Shown piece after piece: positions 45,551 through 54,591 of a stretch of DNA of 54,591 nucleotides. The position numbers were made by a program, and so were the translations under genes. Numbering within the stretch: the first letter of the stretch is position 1; every line of letters begins with the position of its first letter. The stretch is from positions 20,169 through 74,759 of the forward strand of contig NMRA01000196.1 in the NCBI GenBank assembly GCA_002633005.1, written 5' to 3'. Below the pieces are notes generated by a model. It saw only the letters and a list, made by a program, of their open reading frames with translations. It was not told the DNA's origin and searched no databases. The DNA comes from Phoronis australis. Taxonomy: Eukaryota; Animalia; Phoronida.

Positions 45551-48500
45551 CTGGAATGCATGACGGAAATATGATTTAGAGGCATTTCTCACAAACTGAG
45601 AAGCACAACAAAGCAGCGTACATTGTATGATTAGTGTGTCAAGACACTACAGCAATTAGAAAGATATCATAGGTAACGAATAGTCCAAAAAGAGGTTCAG
45701 TCAAGCATGGCGGGAAACAATAACAACCAGTGGAGGGAATTGGATGTTTTTCAAAATTGATTAGTCAGAAACCTTTATACGATTAGAGGCTTATCAGTTT
45801 TCGAGTGTCAGTCAGTACTGGCAAAGCTGATCACTATCTGACACTGGGTAAAAACACCGAGGTTTTGTTTCTCCAGCTAGCAACAGATGGCGCTACCAGA
45901 TTAAGATTTGCATGCAGCTGAGGTGACAAACCGTTGTGATGAGGTGCAATACCAGGCAAAGATTTGGGTGTGGCCGAGGAGACATCGCCTCATTTACGTG
46001 AATTTTAAGAAGTCTTTTACGCCGCTAAGATTTTCAAGACATACAAAACCCAATCATACTGAAGGAAAATCTCTCCATATAAAATGAAAATTATAAATTA
46101 AATCAGTCAGCACGTCAGCAAGTTATCTTTGATGTCACTGGAATTTTATGAGCCAATAGCTGCTCAGCAACGCATTTGTAAACGACAACATTGCCGTAGA
46201 TAAAGTCCCTGAATTACCTCCTGCTGTGACCACATTTGGTTCCAATTGATCTTCCTCCTCCCCACTGTCTGAGTCACTAGACACATTGTAACCAACCTCT
46301 CTCCGCTCCCTCTTAGTTACTTCCTCCTCGTCCAACATTTTCAGTTTTGGCAAGTCTTGGATAATGCGCTTTCTGTGAATAACAAAGGATTGTCACTGCA
46401 TCTCATATTTTATGTGTCACAAAGTGTTCATTATGCCATTAAAGTAGTTATAAACCCACATTCTGTTCAAGAAGTGAACTTTAGATTGAGACTACTCTAA
46501 AACTGACGTGATTTCCGGCTTTTCAAAGAACCTTCAGAGACTATGCTTGGTACATTAAATGATGCGCTGCATCACGCAAACTTGTAAAGCCTGATATCAA
46601 GCTATAACGAACTGTCACTTCTTCAAAAGTACAGAAATCATTTAAAATTTGTGACCCAAGTTCATAGTGCTAAATGATATAAAATTTGCAAACAAAAGGC
46701 AGGTTTATTACCGCTTTGAATTAGTCTACCTTTTTACAAAATGGGAAAAATAAATTGAGAAACAAAATCAAGCAGACAGTAACGATCGGATGTAACTATT
46801 AGCAGTTAAAGAGTCTCTGGATGCAAAGTGATAAATATTCGCCTGAACCACCGACAAAAATTAGGAAGGTGGTCAGTCTTAGTGACATGAAAAAAATTTT
46901 GTATTTGACAGATCACTAACTGCGAAATTTGAAAAACTATATTTAAAATTTAATAAGTTTAAAATCACCTGTAGTCAGGAAGGGATGTGCAGGGGTTTCC
47001 TTTGAAACTCAAGAAAGACAGTGTCTGAGGCAATTCTTCTGTAAAACAAATCATGATACAATTCAGGACGTCCGTGCAGCCAAAAGGTATCTTCTGTACA
47101 ATAGCCTTAAGTATGAGACAACACAGATTAACGTTATGCAGACTAACAGATGTACAGTCTGGAAAATGAGAACTTCAAGGTGTTCTGGATTTACATACAG
47201 TAACTTGTTGCCTGTCAGCCCTTATCCAAAGTCCGAAGCTGAGATAAATTGATTCTTTATTTAAAAAGCTTACATTTTCCACAAAAAGAACTGGCTGGTT
47301 TCTCAACTAAACATAACTTTCTCTTATTCAGCGTTACTTGTAATTTAATAGAGCTACTAATTTAAACTAATTCCTATGCTAAGTGTGTGAGCAAACTCAA
47401 AGTATACGATTGATTAACTTCACTCATTAACCATATGATTCATGACTCTAAACCACCAAGCGATTATTTGCGAAAAACCTGACTGTGTTGAAAGAGCAGT
47501 GCACACTGGCTCTGGTTTAGTTGCGAAGTGTGAAATTTTACCACTGCAAATCAATAGTAGTGGCTTACACCTCAGAGGGTCAAAACCCTGATGACATATT
47601 CTCACAACCCACTGTCAATATATTTTTGGCTGAGGAAGAGACCAGGACAGACTAAAAATATTGCTGTCTTCTACTTTACTGTAACAGTAATTGTGCTTTG
47701 AATGACCCATCAAAAATACAGAGAGCTAATGAGTGGATTTCGTTGAAAATTATTGATCTTGAACATTGCTGTGGGTTCAACAAATTGTTGTCTAAAGCCA
47801 GGAGGGGCTACTGCCAAATTAGCTATTTGGGCTCAACAAAGTTATAAGCAGGGGCTACTGGTATCATGATTACTTCGATGATGATGGTGTCACCTGCCAT
47901 AGTGCCCTTTATTTCAATGTTAACTATCAAAGATAGTAATTGAACGCTTGAACTAACTTCACAGTTTATATCCATATTCCTTTCAAGCCGGATTTAAGTT
48001 AGAATTAGAAAGGGCCTAACTGCATGAAACTATATGAGGATTAAGTTGCTTTGTCCAGTCGAAAATGGCCTGTAACTAAGCTAATTAAAATAAGAATGAA
48101 GCAATTAAATAACCTAAAAATAACACCCATGAGCTGCATTTTTCACCACAGTGTCACTTTATTCATAAAAAACAAGAAGTGTTGTCTTGAATTAATGCAA
48201 CTCTTCACCCATACCAGAAAGTTCATCAGGGAAACTCAATAACCCCAGCGGAAATGGTTGTACCAACACTGGAGGAACGCGGGCGAAGGTGTTTCGTCAG
48301 CAGTGCATGAACACTTGCTTGCAAATGGCCTTGAGTTTGATAATGACAGTGTCGAAATTTTGAGTAGGGACAAGAACAGGTTCAAAAGAGGCGTTTAAGG
48401 AGACCATCTTCATTAAGGCTTTTAATCCATCAGGACTAGCAGGTTCGCCTTGTCCACCGCTTGGATGGTATCATGGATCATATCTCGTGCAGCAGGAATC

Positions 48501-51500
48501 TCCACCTGTCCCGCCAATCAGTCATTCCTCTGGGAGCGGGACACTCCACAGAGCTTGAGGGATTTTTAGTTAACTAAGATGAAGTCCAGCTGAACAGGTT
48601 TAATTTTTCTGATTGATGAAGAAATGTTCAGCAAACTTGCCCTATTTCGTAACTCAAGTTTTGTCACCATCATAAAACTAAACTACTACATTTGACACTC
48701 ACCATTGCGTAAAATGGTATGTCATAAAGTAACAACCACTTTAAACACAGTGCCTAATTTTAAACTTTCAATATCTTAAGTATTTTTAACAAGACATACC
48801 AATGTCAAAGTCTTCAATGATATTTTCGGATAAATCCAGCAGAGCCAGTTTTGGCAACCTTATGAGATTCTCAACCACACATATTTGATTGGCAGCAAGA
48901 GTGAGAAAACGCAGGTTATGTAAGCACTCCAAGTTTTCAATCTTTTTAATCAGGTTCTGAAAAAAATAATTAAAATCAGTTGTCAATTAACTATAACCCT
49001 GCATACATTCGTGTTGATCTGCACTCACCACTCATTGGTACACAAAACACAGCGGATATACAATCATGAAGATAATGTTTATTCAAAAAAAGCAAGTTTT
49101 ACTCTATTGTCAAGACACAATAAACACCAAAATACGCTTGTGTTGATTAAGAGTAAAAAGCATGGTCCATTAACCAATATTGCAAGAGATTTTCATTGAT
49201 TCAGAAAAATTTTCAGGCTATCAAGGCTGAATTGTCTCAAAAGATTCAAATCCATCCTTTAAGCAACATTCAGCAAACAGTACAGGCCATTAGCATAGCA
49301 TTGAGCTCAAGCGAACTCATGAAATTCAGCCAGTGACGCCTACCCAATAGTTTACTCCACACACATGGGCTCACAGCCACAGGGAACTATTTTCAGTGTT
49401 GTTGACAGCAATGTGCCAGTAACAATTCTTAGCCTCAATATGTAACATTGTTTTGTGGTCAGCTGATTACAAAGGTAGTTTCATGCGTATAGAAATGCAT
49501 GGACTCCCAACACTGGGACAGCTGTGAATGCTTTATCAGAGGCTGCCTGTCATACATATAGCAAGGGATCGTCAGATATTTGAAACCAATTTGATAGAAT
49601 TGGCTACTAGCTGAAACACTCGAAATATGTTGTGACGGATACAGCCGAGGATGTCTAAGGCATTCATATCAAAGACCTTTTGAATTAACGACACTCAATC
49701 ACCTGTACACAAACACTACAAGAGGGCATATGGACTATTTCGTAACTTACATGCTGCAAATAAACATTGGTCACAGCTGTACCAAGAAGTTCAAGGTCAT
49801 CTATGTTGGCAATACTTTCTCTGTCGAGTCGCAGATGTGTAATTTTGTTCAGTTCTTCAATCCTGAAAGGAAACATAGTTTGAAGAGATTTGGTTCCGTC
49901 TGTACCATTCCTGAGCAACATGAAGGGTAGTATAATTGTGAAAGGATTGTGTAACAATGTGGTGTACTCATTGAAACTCAAATAATAGACAGCCCAAAGC
50001 AGGTTACAGTCATATTGATATTCTTTAAATCTCATTTAACCAGATTTTTTACTAGAAAACAGTTGTACATAACTTGTGTCCACTCCTCATTTTTCATGAC
50101 ATACAAATTAAGCTAAGAATAGTTAGTCAGCGCAACCAAAATTATCCACAGATTCCAAATCTTCAGTTTGGCCACCACCATATCTGCAGGTCTGTATACA
50201 TTTTATGATTTGAGTTCTAATAAAGATTAAACTTGAACTAATGACAGGTTTAGTTTTGTTTACTGTGAAATGCTTAGTGTAGGTGTAATCTGGAAAGTTC
50301 AGGGATGGGTTCACACTTAACTAAACCAATTAAGTTTTGCTGGCGATCAAAATCTGATTGTTTTGGTACTTCAAGTTTAAAAATAAAATAAAAAGATATC
50401 AATCCATTCCTGGTAAGAAAAAAAGTAGACACGAGTATTAAAAATGGAATAACAAAACCGGTATGAAACATATTTACCACCTTTCCTTTAGGAAGAATCC
50501 CTTTGTCAAGATAAACACAAATAAACTGTTTTAGTCTTTTTTAATTATATTTAAAATGTACCTAGTTAAAATTACTGGTAAATGCCATAGAAAACCAATT
50601 TGGGTGTAATAACAACCACCATTGTTGAGACAGTAGTGATAGCTATAAACTTTTCCACTTCATGGGCTCAGATCTCCATCAATACAAAGGGCGAGCTGAA
50701 TAGGCATCATAAAAGTTGTCATGGAGCTAAGGGAATCTCAGCAGTGACCAGTGTAAGCAAGAAATTCTCCACATGTATGTCTGGTTACTTTTTCCCTGCA
50801 CTGTGCTTCCTAAAGGCTCTCATTCAAAGTTATCATACATATCATCAAATTTATGGAAACACCATCATGATGGTGATAGAAGAGAAGGCCTACATTTGCT
50901 CATGTGACCAAGACGCGGCCTCCTGTGGTAAGTTGCGCTTGACAATCATGTTCAAAGAGATGCGTTTAGGCTTACTTGATGAACCTGAAATTAGAAAATT
51001 AGTACAAAAGCATGACCAAAAACCTAAAATACACATAAGTTTAGACAATGCAAACATAAATATAGCAGGAAGCAGTCTGATAGAGCATCTGCAGGACTGT
51101 CACAGTGTTTGGGGGTGGATGGTCAAATGGGTCCTGCATGGGCCTTTGAAATCCCCTGCTGATATTGTAGTTTCGGGCCAATATCCTTATGGGCAATGTT
51201 TTATCAATGAGACTAAAAAGAACTGCCCGAATAGCACTGACTCTGAATTTTAAATACCATAATGAGCTGATGAAATAATGAGCCCCTCAAAACTTCCGAG
51301 TGTCAGCCTGCATGACACAAATCCTGGGTTTACAGGTCTTCATTCACAGGATCTAGACAGCCATCACTGCATCTTTTGTTTTCTTTTATGTTTATTAAGG
51401 GGCATACTAACTAAGTGCAAACTAATTATGCAATGAACATACAGAATATAACACACTTGATTAACTCAAAGGGTGCCTTATACTTTTTTCACCTCAGCCG

Positions 51501-51688
51501 GAGGAGTATGAATTTTAACCAAAACCTTTCATTTACCGTTTTTTCCATCCCTAACCTGTTGATTTTATGATCTCATGGCATGTAAAAATAAATCTGTTAT
51601 GTAACATGCAGGAGGATCAGCATACTATACCTGGCATGTTAAAAATAAATGCAATTGAATCCTCGAAGGCTGTTCTATCATCCATCAT
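45297..51688 (-). CDS. LRRC46: Leucine-rich repeat protein, LRRC46-like (SDS22-type LRRs + LRRcap + acidic tail); 7 coding exons, 298 aa
   Basis: Exons (minus) 51688-51631, 50984-50894, 49862-49751, 48956-48800, 47038-46969, 46372-46218, 45550-45297. GT-AG introns with consistent phases, 897 nt. Reads ISLNMIVKRNLP..HLRLDRESIANIDDLE..NVYLQHNLIKKIENLECLHNLRFLTLAANQI..LDLSENII..LSFKGNPCTSLPDYRKRIIQDLPKLKMLD. The orthology call is from remembered similarity, and the first exon is less certain. Confidence 0.85.
46218..46372 (-). CDS. LRRC46: LRRC46-like exon 6 (RIIQDLPKLKMLD + acidic stretch)
   Basis: TCACAG acceptor, GTAATT donor. Confidence 0.85.
46969..47038 (-). CDS. LRRC46: LRRC46-like exon 5 (ELPQTLSFLSFKGNPCTSLPDY)
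   Basis: TTACAG acceptor, GTGATT donor, LRRcap motif GNPC...DYR. Confidence 0.88.
48215..48600 (+). mobile_element. Penelope-like GIY-YIG remnant in an LRRC46-like intron
   Basis: FIRETQ*PQRKWLYQHWR..SSAVHEHLL..EFDNDSVEILSRDKNRFKRGV/KETIFIKAFNPS resembles the Penelope endonuclease C-terminus (YIGET..QH..SAV.EH..REAI.I...PSLN). Confidence 0.7.
48800..48956 (-). CDS. LRRC46: LRRC46-like exon 4 (NLIKKIENLECLHNLRFLTLAANQICVVENL...)
   Basis: TTTCAG acceptor, GTATGT donor, SDS22-like LRRs. Confidence 0.92.
49751..49862 (-). CDS. LRRC46: LRRC46-like exon 3 (IEELNKITHLRLDRESIANIDDLELLGTAVTNVYLQH)
   Basis: TTTCAG acceptor, GTAAGT donor. Confidence 0.9.
50894..50984 (-). CDS. LRRC46: LRRC46-like exon 2 (KPKRISLNMIVKRNLPQEAASWSHEQ)
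   Basis: TTTCAG acceptor, GTAGGC donor, phases fit both neighbours. Confidence 0.82.
51631..51688 (-). CDS. LRRC46: LRRC46-like probable first coding exon (MMDDRTAFEDSIAFIFNMP)
   Basis: Strong acceptor TTTTTTTCAG at 51700, ATG at 51688, donor GTATAG. Phase 1 fits exon 2. Confidence 0.6.
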
Positions 51689-52527
51689 CACTTGACTTTC
51701 TGAAAAAAATTAAAAATGCATGAAATAGAATAGTTACACAAAATTTGGTAATTTTTAACTGGTGCACCAACCACAATGGAAAGGCAGTTTTATTTGGCAT
51801 CAACTTCTGATGACAGCACTTTCTAAATCAACTTTAGTATACCGCAACTATAACTTGAGTTCACAATTGACTTTTGGAAGTTGTGGTGAACAATTGGCGT
51901 CCTTTAAGCTAGGTTGCACCATCACAGCTGAGTTATTCACATTCTTTCAGGCTCAGCTTCGTGAGTTAGTGAAACAGTTTTGTTAGATTATAAGCCATGC
52001 TTGGAACTACTTTCCAGTGAATAATGCTCAAGGGTTGGGTTTTTGTTGACGAAATCACCACAATTAAATCAGTTTTTGGCCACAACAAGATTAAAAAGTA
52101 ATGAAAAGATGAAACGTTTAATTGAACTTGAACTTTTTTATTTGTGCGGCGATCGTCCGGTTTTTAATCACCATATTTGCCTCTCACCAATTTTGAAAAT
52201 TCAAAACCCCGCATTTATTACTCCTCTGTTGAGAGCATACAGTTTCCATCACGTTTCCATGTCCAAACAAGACTGGAATTACCCTCACTATGTCAACTAG
52301 TGATTAGAATAGAGTCACTCTATTGATGACTATCCCCATAATGAGACTATAAAAGAATGTGGATAAAATGGGTTGAATGACCAAGTGACATTGGAGAAAT
52401 TCAAAAGATTTCTCCAAATTCATTTTTATCTTCTGTAAAGGTGACATTCACATTGATTTTCACATGGCCTGTTTCCATGTTTTTGTTTGAATAGTCACTA
52501 TTGGTTAAACACTGCCCAGACCCTACG

Positions 52528-52770
52528 TAGGTAAGTTACCTGGGTTAGGTAACTTAACTAATTGTGACCTAATGCTTACCTACTGTTGGGTAAGTTACCT
52601 AAATGTTACCTTATTAAAAACAGCAAAGACTCAAAGTTACCTAAATGTGACCTAAAATACTTAAAGAATATCTGCACATGTATCTGCTTGAACTTACCTA
52701 CAAAGCTGACCTGAAAGACTTAGTTTTTTTTCAGTCACCATACTTACCAAATTGTTATCTAACGGACTTA
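52528..52770. repeat. Degenerate AAGTTACCT(A) repeat cluster with local inverted copies (probable MITE remnant)
   Basis: GTAAGTTACCTGGGTTAGGTAACTTAAC and repeated AAGTTACCTAAATG. Confidence 0.5.
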
Positions 52771-54148
52771 ACAAATTTTCAACTTTCCTTAAGTCTACTG
52801 TCAAAGTCAAGGTAAAATATTAACTGTAATTGCTTTGTGAAAACAACAAAAACTGTTCCCAGCATATTGCTTTACAAGACATTAAACATATATTAATAAA
52901 AACCACACGCAAATGTATGATCCGTGCAAATTAAATGCCCAATTCCCCGAGACGTCATATCTTCGCATGTTGGACCCCCCTTATGGTATCCTAGATCCAC
53001 CACTGGGAATGAGTATCCTGACTGCCTGATCGTCCCCCAGACACGATACAGCTTTGTTGTTATCAGTTTGACAGTGGCAAACCAAAACAATGTTTACATA
53101 ATCCAGATCTCTTATTGTCTGCTTTCATCAGTGATACTCATGTAATCCACCAATCCATACGTTGAGCTCGCCAGATGATAACCGATATTTAAAAATACTA
53201 TTTGCAAATGACTTTCAACAAATATGTCATGAAGCAGGTGTGTTTTGTATGAAATACTTTCACCAACAAACTTCTAATGAAGAAAGAAATTAGTCTTCAC
53301 TTTCACCTGTTTATTCCTTTGTGTGATTGCAATTAAGCTCTGACACGCTTAACCACAGTATTGTATACCAACACAAAAGGCATGCCTCACAAGTATAATC
53401 AGGCGTAATTCTAGATTACATCACAAAATAGTGGAAATTTCTTGATTTTTAAACTTCAGGGCAGGAGAATGGTACATAATACACTCAGGCGGATGAAATT
53501 CTGTAACCATGCAAAACCCTTCTTGTACAGTGAAGGAAGGTTTGACTACATATTTGCGGGAGTAAACTTATGTTCCCAGCACCACATGGCCACTCATGGG
53601 TTATTGGAGGAGTTACGACAACCAGCTGTCAATCGACCCATGTGAATTGGCAGCTGAGTTGAGACAGTCGAGTCGAGACTAAAGTTCGGTTCTTCTACAT
53701 GTTTTACAGGTTCACGAATTTAAGTCCAAGACGTATGCTACGCATTATGGTCGGAATCTCAATGGCTTCGCCCTTCGCAAAGCATTTCTGTGCGTGAAGG
53801 CAGTGTGAACTAATTCCTAAGGAAGTCGACAAAAGAAGAATACCTTTCACAAAAACTCGTAATTCAAAGTTGTTGCTACAACTGTTTGCAACCTTGACCT
53901 TTTCTTTGCCGGATGTTGTGAAGCGCATTATGGGAAATAGTTGTTTCCGAAACTATGCCAATGGACGCGATTTGGGAAGACAGGGACATTCGCTTTGACA
54001 TTACTGCTGCGTAAGTTTGTTTGTTTGCACGATTGCCTGTAATTTTGCGTAGAATAACTTCACGTCTGTGAACGACCATTGAGAGCCTGCGCAACACTTA
54101 CAGGTGTCCGTCCCCGGTAGTGTCAGTGCTGTTCTCGGCTTCACGTTG

Positions 54149-54163
54149 GTTGGGCTTGGCAAC
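54149..54163. promoter_or_regulatory. Candidate RFX X-box at the probable 5' UTR exon of the LRRC46-like gene
   Basis: GTTGGGCTTGGCAAC (strong half-site TTGGCAAC) lies ~50 bp from a minus-strand donor CCT/GTAAGTG at 54101, in a CpG-rich patch. Confidence 0.4.
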
Positions 54164-54221
54164 TGCTAGGATAGGCAATGACCATCGCCTCTGTTGGCCC
54201 GAAGCAGAGGCGATGTAGAGG

Positions 54222-54440
54222 CTATAGGCGCTCTGTACGCCGGAAGCTTTTCGGCGAATTATGCCTCGCACCGACTAAACCATCAAAGCCACGTTGTTAT
54301 AATTACCTTTTGCGCATAGACAAACACCTTAGGAGGTTGTCGATGTGTTTTAGTTCTTCCAACTCGAACAAATACTCCCGTTATGAAACTTTTTCTTCGA
54401 GCAGTCCCTATTTCAGTTCCCAAAATCGTGAAATCAACTT
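54222..54440. repeat. Dispersed repeat copy (partner at 24110-24313)
   Basis: Same shared blocks as the 24110 copy. Confidence 0.8.
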
Positions 54441-54591
54441 TTTCATTTTTTTAACCAGGCCGAAGGTCAGAAGTTGCGGACCTACCGGCGAACTTTGAAA
54501 GCTGAAGTTCCCGCCCTTCGCGTACGTGCTGCCGGGAACCAGCCGTGCATTTGCCGTGTTGTTAAACATTAAAATGTCAAATATGTGCACA

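Noticed and set aside
50123-50298. Candidate LRRC46-like exon (TTCCAG acceptor, DYTYTKHF...)
   Set aside because: Its donor phase does not fit the next exon, whereas 50894-50984 fits both phases and has the KRNL motif.
50600-51253. 217-aa plus-strand ORF
   Set aside because: Non-ATG start and no recognisable domain. It lies antisense over LRRC46-like exon 2 and introns, so it is most likely a chance ORF.

Overview
AT-rich, repeat-dense eukaryotic (invertebrate-like metazoan) genomic window with one assembly gap (19410-19744). Three intact host genes can be reconstructed by hand. (1) A single-coding-exon, divergent class A (rhodopsin-like) GPCR (13250-14281, +). (2) A 12-exon serine carboxypeptidase S10 of the cathepsin A/lysosomal protective protein type (25889-42711, +; 465 aa, Ser-Asp-His triad intact). 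(3) A convergent 7-coding-exon LRRC46-like leucine-rich-repeat gene (45297-51688, -; 298 aa) with a probable 5' UTR exon and RFX X-box near 54.1 kb. The rest is largely transposon debris: a HERO-type non-LTR retrotransposon remnant, an AcademX-type DNA transposon with both TIRs, a spliced SAP...YqaJ exonuclease pseudogene, two Penelope GIY-YIG remnants, an orphan USP His-box fragment, a P/hAT-like MITE with 8-bp TSD, three EnSpm/CMC-like MITEs built of CCTATAGG repeats, and several tandem repeats. The most unusual structure is a ~363-bp palindrome in cathepsin A intron 4, nested in a MITE. Each arm ends in an outward-facing tRNA-like (A-box/B-box) module, and the centre is a perfect 28-bp inverted repeat with an 11-nt spacer. 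A ~143-bp satellite carrying a CTCF-consensus motif in each monomer opens the window. All family calls come from motif recognition by eye; no searches were run.
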